Positions 51,101 through 64,000 of a DNA stretch of 64,000 nt are shown here, piece by piece. The stretch comes from Octopus sinensis (lineage: Eukaryota): the NCBI RefSeq assembly GCF_006345805.1, contig NW_021824846.1, forward strand, positions 1,876 through 65,875, given 5' to 3'. A program made the translations under genes and the position numbers. Position 1 is the first letter of the stretch; the number at the start of each line of letters is the position of its first letter. The notes beneath the pieces are model-generated. The model was not told where the DNA came from and searched no databases. It saw only the letters and a program-made list of their open reading frames with translations.

Positions 51101-54100
51101 CAAAAGTTTTCAGGTTAGAAAATGTCAAAATATGTGTACTTGAAAAACAATAGAAAATTCAGTGATCTCTTAGCTAAATATAATTTAACTGATTGATAAA
51201 ATGCTTATAGTTATCCAAGAGAACAGTAAAATCTCAAAAGTTTTCAGGTTAGAAAATGTGAAAATATTGCATATGCGTACTTGAAAAACAACAAAAAATT
51301 TAATGATCTAAATATACGTGTACTTGAAAAACAACAAAAGATTTAGTGATCTATTAGCTAAATGTAAGTTAACTGATTGCTAAAAAGCTTATATTTATCC
51401 AAGAGAACACTAAAATCTCAAAGTTTTCAGGTTAGTAAATGTCAAAATACAGCATATGTGTACTTGAAAAAGGAAAAAAAAATTTAGTGATCTAAATATA
51501 CGTGTACTTGAAAAACATCTATTAGCTAAATAAAGTTAACTGATTGATAAAAGCTTATAGTTATCCAAGAGAACAGTAAAATCTCAAAAGTTTTCAGGTT
51601 AGAAAATGTGAAAATATTGCATATGCGTACTTGAAAAACAACAAAAAATTAATGATCTAAATATACGTGTACTTGAAAAACAACAAAAGATTTAGTGATC
51701 TATTAGCTAAAATAAGTTAACTGATTGATAAAAGCTTTCAGGTTACAAAAGTTTTCAGATTACAAAATCTCAAATATGTGTACTTGAGAAACAACAGAAA
51801 TTTAGTGATCTCTTAGCTAAATATAATTTAACTGATTGATAAAAAGCTTATATTTATCCAAGAGAACAGTAAAATCTCAAAAGTTTTCAGGTTAGAAAAT
51901 GTGAAAATATTGCATATGCGTACTTGAAAAACAACAAAAAATTTAATGATCTAAATATACGTGTACTTGAAAAACAACAAAAGATTTAATGATCTATTAG
52001 CTAAATATAAGTTAACTGATTGATAAAAAGCTTATATTTATCGAATAGAACACTAAAATCTCAAAAGTTTTCAGGTTAGAAAATGTCAAAATATTGCATA
52101 TGTGTACTTGAAAAACAACGAATAATTTAGTGATCACTTAGCTAAATATAAGTTAACTGATTGATAAAAAGCTTATATTTATCCAAGAGAACAGTAAAAT
52201 CTCAAAAGTTTTCAGGTTAGAAAATGTCAAAATATGTGTACTTGAAAAACAACAGAAAATTTAGTGATCTCTTAGCTAAATATAAGTTAACTGATTGACA
52301 AAAGCTTATATTTATCCAAGAGATCACTAATATCTTAAAAGTTTTCAGGTTAGTAAATGTCAAAATACAGCATATGTGTACTTGAAAAAGAACAAAAAAT
52401 TTAATGATCTAAATATATGTGTACTTGAAAAACAACGAATAATTTAGTGATCACTTAGCTAAATATAAGTTTACTGATTGATAAAAAGCTTATATTAATC
52501 CAAGAGAACACTAAATCTCAAAAGTTTTCAGGTTAGAAAATGTTAAAATATGTGTACTTGAAAACAATAGAAAATTCAGTGATCTCTTAGCTAAATAATT
52601 TTAACTGATTGATAAAAGCTTATAGTTATCCAAGAGAACAGTAAAATCTGAAAAGTTTTCAGGTTAGAAAATGTGAAAATATTGCATATGCGTATTTGAA
52701 AACAACAAAAATTTAATGATCTAAAAATACGTGTACTTGAAAAACAACAAAAGATTTAGTGATCTATTAGCTAAATATAAGTTAACTGATTGATAAAAAG
52801 CTTATGTTTATCCAAGAGAACACTAAAATCTCAAAAGTTTTCAGGTTAGAAAATGTCAAAATACAGCATATGCGTACTTGAAAAACAACAAAAATTTAGT
52901 GATCACTTAGCTAAATATAAGTTAACTGATTGATAAAAAGCTTATATTTATCCAAGAGAACACTAAAATCTCATAAGTTTTCAGGTTAGAAAATATCAAA
53001 ATAAGCATATGCATACTTGAAAAACAACAAAAAATTGGTGATCTCTTAGCTGAATATAAGTTAACTGATTGATAAAAAGCTTATATGTATCCAAGAGACA
53101 CTAAAATCTCAAAAGTTTTCAGGTTAGAAAATGTCAAAATATGTGTACTTTAAAACAACAGAAAATTTAGTGATCTCTTAGCTAAATATAAGTTAACTGA
53201 TGGATAAAAAGCTTATATTTATATCCAAGAGACACTAAAATCTCAAAGTTTTCAGGTTAGTAAATGTCAAAATACAGCATATGTGTACTTGAAAAAGGAA
53301 AAAAAAATTTAGTGATCTCTTAGCTGAATATAAGTTAACTGATTGATAAAAAGCTTATATGTATCCAAGAGAACACTAAAATCTCAAAAGTTTTCAGGTT
53401 AGTAAATGTCAAAATATTGCATATGCGGACATGAAAAACAACAAAATATTAATGATCTAATTATATGTGTACTCGAAAAACAACAAAAAATTTAGTGATC
53501 TATTAGCTAATATAATTTAACTGATTGATAAAAAGCTTATAGTTATCCAAGAGAACAGTAAATCTCAAAAGTTTTCAGGTTAGAAAATGTGAAAATATTG
53601 CATATGCGTACTTGAAAAACAACAAAAAATTTAATGATCTAAATATACGTGTACTTGAAAAACAACAAAATTTAGTGATCTATTAGCTAAATAGTTAACT
53701 GATTCATAAAAGCTTTCAGGTTACAAAAGTTTTCAGGTTACAAAATGTCAAAATATGTGTACTTGAGAAACAACAGAAAATTTAGTGATCTCTTAGCTAA
53801 ATATAATTTAACTGATTGATAAAAAGCTTATATTTATCCAAGAGAACACTTAAATCTCAAAAGTTTTCAGGTTAGAAAATGTCAAAATATTGCATATGCG
53901 TACTTGAAAAACAACAAAAAATTTAGTGATCTCTTAGCTGAATGTAAGTTAACTGATTGATAAAAAGCTTATATAAATCCAAGAGAACTAAAATCTCAAA
54001 AGTTTTCAGGTTAGAAAATGTCAAAATATTGAATTCGCGTACTTGAAAAACAACAAAAAATTAGTGATCTCTTAGCTAAATATAAGTTAACTGATTGACA

Positions 54101-54913
54101 AAAGCTTATATTTATCCAAGAGATCACTAATATCTTAAAAGTTTTCAGGTTAGTAAATGTCAAAATACAGCATATGTGTACTTGAAAAGAACAAAAAATT
54201 TAATGATCTAAATATATGTGTACTTGAAAAACAACGAATAATTTAGTGATCACTTAGCTAAATATAAGTTTACTGATTGATAAAAGCTTATATTAATCCA
54301 AGAGAACACTAAAATCTCAAAGTTTTCAGGTTAGAAAATGTTAAAATATGTGTACTTGAAAAACAATAGAAAATTCAGTGATCTCTTAGCTAAATATAAT
54401 TTAACTGATTGATAAAAAGCTTATAGTTATCCAAGAGAACAGTAAAATCTGAAAGTTTTCAGGTTAGAAAATGTGAAAATATTGCATATGCGTATTTGAA
54501 AAACAACAAAAAATTTAATGATCTAAAAATACGTGTACTTGAAAAACAACAAAAGATTTAGTGATCTATTAGCTAAATATAAGTTAACTGATTGATAAAA
54601 AGCTTATGTTTATCCAAGAGAACACTAAAATCTCAAAAGTTTTCAGGTTAGAAAATGTCAAAATACAGCATATGCGTACTTGAAAAACAACAAAAAATTA
54701 GTGATCACTTAGCTAAATATAAGTTAACTGATTGATAAAAAGCTTATATTTATCCAAGAGAACACTAAAATCTCATAAGTTTTCAGGTTAGAAAATATCA
54801 AAATATAGCATATGCATACTTGAAAAACAACAAAAAATTTGGTGATCTCTTAGCTGAATATAAGTTAACTGATTGATAAAAAGCTTATATGTATCCAAGA
54901 GAACACTAAAATC

Positions 54914-55185
54914 GGGCACGTTTGGGCGGCGGAGCAAAGGGCGAACGCGCTAGCCGCAGTTTGCCATCTTTCGGGTTTTTACGGGACGGACCGCGTCGCC
55001 GTATCGACGGCGTGCATCTCGTGAACGCCCTTCCGACATCGGTGGCGGCTACGTCCACGCGTCCGTGGGCCGTACCGCGAGCGTGGGTTCGTTCTTTCGG
55101 TTTCGGGTACGGTAGCGCGGCGGAGGAACGGGCGACAGGCGCGGGCCTGCCGCCAACGGCCCCGCGGCTCGCGGACGAACGGGAG
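54914..55185. other. Second copy of the GC-rich insert
   Basis: Same junctions and near-identical sequence, 13,011 bp downstream. Confidence 0.85.
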
Positions 55186-58100
55186 AAATATGTGTACTTT
55201 AAAAACAACAGAAAATTTAGTGATCTCTTAGCTAAATATAAGTTAACTGATGGAAAGAAGCTTATATTTATCCAAGAGAACACTAAAATCTCAAAAGTTT
55301 TCAGGTTAGTAAATGTCAAAATACAGCATATGTGTACTTGAAAAGGAAAAAAAATTTAGTGATCTCTTAGCTGAATATAAGTTAACTGATTGATAAAAAG
55401 CTTATATGTATCCAGAGAACACTAAAATCTCAAAATCTCAAATTTTCAGGTTAGTAAATGTCAAATATTGCATATGCGGACATGAAAAACAACAAATATT
55501 TAATGTCTAATTATATGTGTACTCGAAAAACAACAAAAAATTTAGTGATCTATTAGCTAAATATAATTTAACTGATTGATAAAAGCTTATAGTTATCCAG
55601 AGAACAGTAAAATCTCAAAAGTTTTCAGGTTAGAAAATGTGAAAATATTGCATATGCGTACTTGAAAAACAACAAAAATTTTATGATCTAAATATACGTG
55701 TACTTGAAAAACAACAAAGATTTAGTGATCTATTAGCTAAATATAAGTTAACTGATTGATAAAAGCTTTCAGGTTACAAAAGTTTTCAGGTTACAAAAGT
55801 CAAAATATGTGTACTTGAGAAACAACAGAAAATTTAGTGATCTCTTAGCTAAATATAATTTAACTGATTGATAAAAGCTTATATAAATCCAAGAGAACAC
55901 TAAAATCTCAAAAGTTTTCAGGTTAGAAAATGTCAAATATTGAATTCGCGTACTTGAAAAACAACAAAAAAAATAGTGATCTATTAGCTAAATGTAAGTT
56001 AACTGATTGCTAAAAAGCTTATATTTATCCAAGAGAACACTAAAATCTCAAAAGTTTTCAGGTTAGAAAATGTCAAAATATTGCATTTGCGTACTTGAAA
56101 AAACAAAATTTAGTGATCTCTTAGCTAAATATAATTTAACTGATTGATAAAAAGCTTATATTTATCCTAGAGAACACTAAACTCTCAATAGTTTTCAGGT
56201 TAGAAAATGTCAAAATATTGCATATGCGTATTTGAAAAACAACAAAAAATTTAGTGATCTCTTAGCTAAAGATAAGTTAACGGATGGATAAAAAGCTTAT
56301 AGTTATCCAAGAGAACAGCAAAATCTCAAAAGTTTTCAGGTTAGAAAATGTGAAAATATTGTATATGCGTACTTGAAAAACAACAAAAAATTTAATGATG
56401 TAAATATACGTGTACTTGAAAAACAAAAAAATTTATGATCTATTAGCTAAATATAAGTTAACTGATTGATAAAAAGCTCATATTTATCGAAGAGAACACT
56501 AAAATCTCAAAAGTTTTCAGGTTAGAAAATGTCAAAATATTGCATATGTGTACTTGAAAAACAACGAATAATTTAGTGATCACTTAGCTAAATATAAGTT
56601 TACTGATTGATAAAAAGCTTATATTTATCCAAGAGAACACTAAAATCTCAAAAGTTTTCAGGTTAGTAAATGTCAAAAAACAGTATATATGTGTACTTGA
56701 AAAAGAATAAAAAATTTAGTGACCTCTTAGCTAAAGATACGTTTATTGATTGATAAAAAGCTTATATTTATACGATAAAAAGCTTATATTTATATGTGTA
56801 CTTGAAAAACAACAAAAAATTTAGTGATCTGTTAGCTAAATATAAGTTAACTGATTGATAAAAAGCTTATATTTATCCAAGAGAACACTAAAATCTCAAA
56901 AGTTTTCAGGTTAGAAAATGTCAAAATATTGCATTTGCGTACTTGAAAAACAACAAAAAATTTAGTGATCTATTAGCTAAATGTAAGTTAACTGATTGCT
57001 AAAAAGCTTTTATTTATCCAAGAGAACACTAAAATCTCAAAAGTTTTCAGGTTACAAAATGTCAAAGTATGTGTACTTGAAACACAACAGAATATTTAGT
57101 GATCTCTTAGCAAAATATAATTTAACTGATTGATAAAAAGCTCATATATATCCAAGAGAACACTAAAATCTCAAAGGTTTTCAGGTTAGAAAATGTCAAA
57201 ATATTGCATATGCGTACTTGAAAACAACAAAAAATTAGTGATCGCTTAGCTAAATATAAGTTTATTGATTGATAAAAAGCTTATATTTATCCCAGAGGAC
57301 ACTAAAATCTCAAAAATTTTCTGGTTAGAAAATGTCAAAATATGTGTACTTGAAAAACAACAGAAAATTTAGTGACCTCTTAGCTAAAGATACGTTTATT
57401 GATTGATAAAAAGCTTATATTTATACGATAAAAAGCTTATATTTATATGCGTACTTGAAAAACAACAAAAAATTTAGTGATCCCTTAGCAAAATATAAGT
57501 TAAGTGATTGATAAAAAGTTTATATTTATCCAAGAGAACACTAAACTCTCAAAAGTTTTCAGGTTAGAAAATGTCAAAATATTGCATTTGCGTACTTGAA
57601 AAAAACAAAAATTTTAGTGATCTATTAGCTAAATGTAAGTTAATGAATTACTAAAAAGCATATTTTATCCAAGAGAACACTAAAATCTCAAAAGTTTTCA
57701 GGTTAGAAAATGTCAAAATATGTGTACTTGAAAAACAATAGAAAATTCAGTGATCTCTTAGCTAAATATAATTTAACTGATTGATAAAAAGCTTATAGTT
57801 ATCCAAGAGAACAGTAAAATCTCAAAAGTTTTCAGGTTAGAAAATGTGAAAATATTGCATATGCGTACTTGAAAACAACAAAACTTTAATGATCTAAATA
57901 TACGTGTACTTGAAAAACAACAAAGATCTAATGATCTATTAGCTAAATATAAGTTAACTGATTGATAAAAGCTTATATTTATCGAATAGAACACTAAAAT
58001 CTCAAAAGTTTTCAGGTTAGAAAATGTCAAAATATTGCATATGTGTACTTGAAAAACAACGAATAATTTAGTGATCACTTAGCTAAATATAAGTTAACTG

Positions 58101-61100
58101 ATTGATAAAAGCTTATATTTATCCAAGAGAACAGTAAAATCTCAAAAGTTTTCAGGTTTAAAATGTCAAAATATGTGTACTTGAAAAACAACAGAAAATT
58201 TAGTGATCTCTTAGCTAAATAAAGTTAACTGATTGACAAAAAGCTTATATTTATCCAAGAGATCACTAATATCTCAAAAGTTTTCAGGTTAGAAAATGTC
58301 AAAATGTTGCATATGCGTACTTGAAAAACAAAAAATTTAGTCATCTCTTAGCTGAATATAAGTTAACTGATTGATAAAAGCTTATATTTATCCAAGAGAA
58401 CACTAAAATCTTAAAGTTTTCAGGTTAGTAAATGTCAAAATACAGCATATGTGTACTTGAAAAAACAAAAAATTTAAGATCTAAATATATGTGTACTTGA
58501 AAAACAACGAATAATTTAGTGATCACTTAGCTAAATATAAGTTTACTGATTGATAAAAAGCTTATATTAATCCAAGAAACACTAAAATCTCAAAAGTTTT
58601 CAGGTTAGAAAATGTTAAAATATGTATACTTGAAAAACAATAGAAAATCAGTGATCTCTTAGCTAAATATAATTTAACTGATTGATAAAAAGCTTATAGT
58701 TATCCAAGAACAGTAAATCTCAAAAGTTTTCAGGTTAGAAAATGTGAAAATATTGCATATGCGTACTTGAAAAACAACAAAAATTTAATGATCTAAATAT
58801 ACGGTACTTGAAAACCAACAAAAGATTTAGTGATCTATTAGCTAAATATAAGTTAACTGATTGAAAAAGCTTATGTTTATCCAGAGAACACTAAAATCTC
58901 AAAGGTTTTCAGGTTAAAAATGTCAAAATATAGCATATGCTACTTGAAAACACAAAAAATTTAGTGATCTCTTAGCTAAATATAAGTTAACTGATTGATA
59001 AAAGCTTATATTTCCAAGAGAACACTAAAATCTCAAAAGTTTTCAGGTTAGAAAATGTCAAAATATTGCATATGCGTACTTGAAAAACAACAAAAATTTA
59101 GTGATCTCTTAGCTAAATATAAGTTAACTGATTGATAAAAGCTTATATTTATCCAAGAGAACACTAAAATCTCAAAGTTTTCAGGTTAGAAATGTCAAAA
59201 TATTGCATATGTGTACTTGAAAAACAACGAAAATTTAGTGATCACTTAGCTAAATATAAGTTAACTGATTGATAAAAAGCTTATATTTATCCAAGAACAC
59301 TAAAATCTCAAAAGTTTTCAGGTTAGAAAATGTCAAATATATCATATGTGTACTTGAAAACAACAAAAATTTAGTGATCACTTAGCTAAATATAAGTTAA
59401 CTGATTGATAAAAGCTTATATTTATCCAAGAGAACACTAAATCTCAAAAGTTTTCAGGTTAGAAATGTCAATATAGCATATGCGTACTTGAAAAACAACA
59501 AAAATTTAGTGATCTCTTAGCTAAATATAAGTTAACTGATTGATAAAAAGCTTATATTTATCCAAGAGAACACTAAAATCTCAAAAGTTTTCAGGTTAGA
59601 AAATGTCAAATATGTGTACTTGAAAACAACAAAAATTTAGTGATCTCTTAGCTAAATATAAGTTAACTGATTGATAAAAAGCTTATATTTATCCAAGAGA
59701 ACACTAAAATCTCAAAAGTTTTCAGGTTAGAAAATGTCAAAATTTGCATGTGTACTTGAAAAACAACGAAAATTTAGTGATCTCTTAGCTAATATAAGTT
59801 AACTGATTGATAAAAAGCTTATATTTATCCAAGAGAACACTAAATGTCAAAAGTTTTCAGGTTAGAATATGTCAAAATATTGCATATGCGTACTTAAAAA
59901 CAACAAAAAATTTAGTGATCTCTTAGCTAAATATAAGTTAATTGATTTTAAAAAAGCTTACTAAATACTAAAAACTAAAATCTCAAAATTTTCAGGTTAG
60001 AAATGTCAAAATTTGCATATGCGGACATGAAAAACAACAAAATATTTAATGATCTAATATATGTGTACTCGAAAAACAACAAAAAATTAGTGATCTATTA
60101 GCTAAATATAAGTTAACTGATTGATAAAAGCTTATATTTTATCCAAGAGAACACTAAATCTCAAAAGTTTTCAGGTTAGAAAAGTCAAAAGTTTTTCAGG
60201 TTAGAAAATGTCAAAAGTTTTCAGGTTAGAAAATGTCAAATATGTGTACTTGAAAAACAACAGAAAATTAGTGATCTCTTAGCTAAATATAAGTTTACTG
60301 ATTGATAAAAAGCTTATATTTATCCAAGAGAACACTAAATCTCAAAAGTTTTCAGGTTATAAATGTCAAAACAGTATACATTTGTACTTGAAAAAGAATA
60401 AAAATTTAGTGATCTCTTAGCTAAATATAACGTTTATTGATTGATAAAAAGCTTATATTTATACGATAAAAAGCTTATATTAATATGTGTACTTGAAACA
60501 AAATATTTAATGATCTAAATATATGTGTACTCGAAAAACAACAAAAAATTGAGTGATCTCTTCTCTGCTAATATAAGTTTTGATTGATAAAAAGCTTATA
60601 TTTATCCAAGAGGACACTAAAATCTCAAAATTTTCAGGTTGGAAAATGTCAATATATGTGTACTTGAAAAACAACAGAAAATTTAGTGATCTCTTAGCTA
60701 TATATAAGTTAACTGATTGATAAAAAGCTTATATTTATCCAAGAGAAAAACTAAAATCTCAAAGTTTTCAGGTTAGAAAATGTCAAATATTGCATATGCG
60801 TACTTGAAAACAACAAAAATTTAGTGATCCCTTAGAAAAAATATAGTTACCGATTGATAAAAAGCTTATATTTATCCAAGAGAACACTAAACTCTCAAAA
60901 GTTTTCAGGTTAGAAAATGTCAAATATTGCATATGCGTTCTTGAAAACAACAAAAAATTAGTGATCTCTGAGCTAAATATATATAACTGATTGATAAAAA
61001 GCTTATATATTTCAAGAGAACACTAAATCTCAAAAGTTTTCAGGTTACAAAATGTCAAAATATGTGTACTTGAGAAACAACAGAATTTAGTGATCTCTTA

Positions 61101-63691
61101 GCTAAATATAATTAACTGATTGATAAAAGCTTATATTTATGCAAGAACACTTAAATCTCAAAAGTTTTCAGGTTAGAAAATGTCAAAATATGCATATGCG
61201 TACTTGAAAAACAACAAAAAATTTAGTGATCTCTTAGCTAATATAAGTTTATTGATTTTTAAAAAAGCTTATATTTATCCAAGAGAACACTAAAATCTCA
61301 AAGTTTTCAGGTTAGAAAATGTCAAAATATGTGTCCTTGAAAAACAACAGAAAATTTAGTGATCTCTTAGCTAGATATAAGTTAACTGATGGATAAAATG
61401 CTTATATTTATCCAAGAGAACACTAAAATCTCAAAAGTTTTCAGGTTAGAAAATGTGAAAATATGTGTACTTGAAAAACAACAGAAAATTTAGTGATCTC
61501 TTAGCTAAATATAAGTTAACTGATTGATAAAAAGCTTATATTTATCCAAGAGATCACTAATATCTCAAAAGTTTTCAGAATACAAAATGTCAAAATATTG
61601 TATATGTGCACTTGAAAAACAACAAAAAATTTTGTGAGCTCCTAGCAAAATATAAGTTAACTGATTGATAAAAAGCTTATATCCAAGAGAACACTAAAAT
61701 CTCAAAGGTTTCAGGTTAGAAATGTCAAAATATGCATATGCGTACTGAAAACAACAAAAAATTTAGTGATCGCTTAGCTAAATATAAGTTAACTGATTGA
61801 TAAGAAGCTTATATATATTCAAGAGAACACTAAAATCTTGAAAGTTTTCAGGTTACAAAATGTCAAAATATGTGTACTTGAGAAACAACAGAAAATTTAG
61901 TGATCTATTAGCTAAATATAAGTTAACTGATTGATAAAAGCTTATATTTATCCAAGAGAACACTAAATCTCAAAAGTTTTCAGGTTAGTAAAGGTCAAAA
62001 TACAGCATATGTGTACTTGAAAAAGAACAAAAATTTAGTGATCTCTTAGCTGAATATAAGTTAACTGATGATAAAAAGCTTATCCAAGAGAACACTAAAA
62101 TCTCAAAAGTTTTCAGGTTAGAAAATGTCAAATACAGCATATGTGTACTTGAAAAACACAAAAATTTAGTGATCTCTTAGCTAAATATAAGTTAACTGAT
62201 TGATAAAAGCTTATATTTATCCAAGAGAACACTAAAATCTCAAAATTTTTCAGGTTAGAAAATGTCAAAATATTGCATATGTGTACTTGAAAACAACAAA
62301 AAAGTTATCCAAGAGAACACTAAAATCTCAAAAGTTTCAGTTTAAATTCAAAATACAGCATATGTGTACTTGAAAAACAACAAAAATTTAGTGATCTATT
62401 AGCTAAATATAAGTTAACTGATTGATTAATAGCTTATATTTTATCCATGAGACACTAAAATCTCAAAGTTTTCAGGTTAGAAAATGTCAAAATATTGCAT
62501 ATGTGTACTTGAAAAACAACAAAAAATTTAGTGATCTCTTTGCTAAATATAAGTTAACTGATTGATAAAAAGCTTATATTTATCCAAGAGAACACTAAAA
62601 TCTCAAAAGCTTTCATGTTACAAAATGTCAAAATATTGCATATGTGTACTTGAGAACAACAGAAAATTTAGTGATCTCTTAGCTAAATATAAGTTAACTG
62701 ATGGATAAAAGCTTATCCAAGAGAACACTAAAATCTCAAAGGTTTTCAGTTTAGAAAATGTCAAAATCTTGTATATGTGTAATTGAAAACAACAGAAAAT
62801 TTAGTGATCTTTTAGCTAAATATAAGTTAACTGATTGATAAAAGCTTATATTTATCCAAGAGAACACTAAAATCTCAAAAGTTTTCAGGTTAGAAAATGT
62901 CAAAATATTGCATATGTGTACTTGAAAACAACAAAAATTTAGTGATCTATTAGCTAAATATAAGTTAACTGATTGATAAAAGCTTATATTTATCCATGAG
63001 AACACTAAAATCTCAAAAGTTTTCAGGTTATCAAATGTCAAAATATTGCATATGTGTACTTGAAAAAAACAGAAAATTTAGTGATCTCTTAGCTAAATAA
63101 AGTTAACTGATTGATAAAGCTTATCTTTATCCAAGAGAACACTAAAATCTCAAAAGTTTTCAGGTTAGAAAATGTCAAAATATTGCATATGTGTACTTGA
63201 AAAACAACAAAAATTTAGTGATCTCTTAGCTAAATATAAGTTAACTGATTGATAAAAAGCTTATATTATCCAAGAGAACTTAAAATCTCAAAGGTTTTCA
63301 GTTTAGAAAATGTCAAAATATTGTATATGAGTACTTGAAACAACAGAAAATTTAGTGATCTCTTAGCTTAATATAGATAACTGATTGATAAAAGCTTATA
63401 TTTATCCAAGAGAACACTAAAATCTCAAAGTTTTCAGGTTAGAAAATGTCAAAATATTGCATAAGTGTACTTGAAAAACAACAAAAATTTAGTGATCTCT
63501 TGATCACTAATTTTTTGTTGATTTCTCAAGTACACATATTAATATTTGACATTTTCTAACCTGAAAACTTTTGAGATTTAGTGTTCTCTTGGATAAATAT
63601 AAGCTTTTAATCAATCAGTTAACTTATATTTAGCTAAGAGATCACTAATTTTCTGTTTTTCTCAATTACACATATCCAATATACAGTCAGT

Positions 63692-64000
63692 ACCTAAATC
63701 ACATTTTTTTTTTTACTTTTTATGCCTATTTGCAACTTTTGTGATTTTTTGATCTCTTTGTAAATATAATTAACTGATATTATAGTTATGGAAGAGATCA
63801 TTAAATTTTAAATAGTTTTCAGAAACAAATGTGTCAATTATTGTAAATAAGCTAACAAAATGAACAAAATTGCTAATTCAAATTTGTTGAATTTAGTACT
63901 TATTTGCAATATTTTGATACTTTTGTTTCTGGAACAATAAGTACTAAAAAGCAACAAATTTGAATAATAATTCTATTTACTTTTTGCTTCTCTGCTATAT
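63692..64000. repeat. Return to the diverged fold-back repeat; begins with a direct repeat of 19441-19649
   Basis: ACCTA.AATCACATT...GCAACTTTT.TGATTTT...GAAGAGATCATTAAA...GCTAATTCAAA is present at both array edges. Confidence 0.75.

Larger units (their letters stand above)
19650..63680 (+). repeat. AT-rich satellite DNA, 141-bp consensus monomer (roughly 300 units), with ~134-bp and ~179-bp variants
   Basis: Monomer AAAATGTCAAAATATTGCATATGCGTACTTGAAAAACAACAAAAAATTTAGTGATCTCTTAGCTAAATATAAGTTAACTGATTGATAAAAAGCTTATATTTATCCAAGAGAACACTAAAATCTCAAAAGTTTTCAGGTTAG. Spacing checked at 21451 to 21592 = 141 bp. Confidence 0.97.

Noticed and set aside
41895-55341. Arg/Gly-rich ORFs across the GC inserts
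   Set aside because: Open on both strands because of GC content and they run into satellite; the frames differ between the two copies.
19650-63680. CRISPR-like repeat array
   Set aside because: Whole monomers repeat with no unique spacers, no cas genes, and the context is eukaryotic.

Overview
Eukaryotic, gene-free, repeat-dominated window. The SINE and tail families resemble octopus/cephalopod repeats (inference, no search run). 1-17 kb is a nested retroelement/Helitron graveyard with seven type-I hammerhead ribozyme (HHR) motifs read directly from the sequence: three canonical cores, two U4C variants and two decayed. All have the palindromic stem III typical of Penelope-like elements (PLEs). 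The most unusual unit (134-2520) has PLE architecture (HHR-bearing repeats in partial tandem plus an inverted 5' copy). Its cargo is a decayed Gag/ORF1-like CCHC zinc-knuckle gene, with no RT or GIY-YIG. Also present: a GIY-YIG PLE remnant, a 534-bp non-coding HHR unit with a ~420-bp palindrome, tandem Helitron-like elements, SINEs, a biphasic complex repeat and an R4/Dong-like RT fragment. From ~19.65 to ~63.7 kb lies a 141-bp AT-rich satellite. It appears derived from the fold-back repeat that flanks it, is bracketed by a ~200-bp direct repeat, shows 1.8/8.6/13-kb higher-order duplications, and carries two copies of a foreign 273-bp GC-rich insert. Scattered single-base homopolymer losses suggest long-read errors, so indels and large duplications need read-level confirmation.
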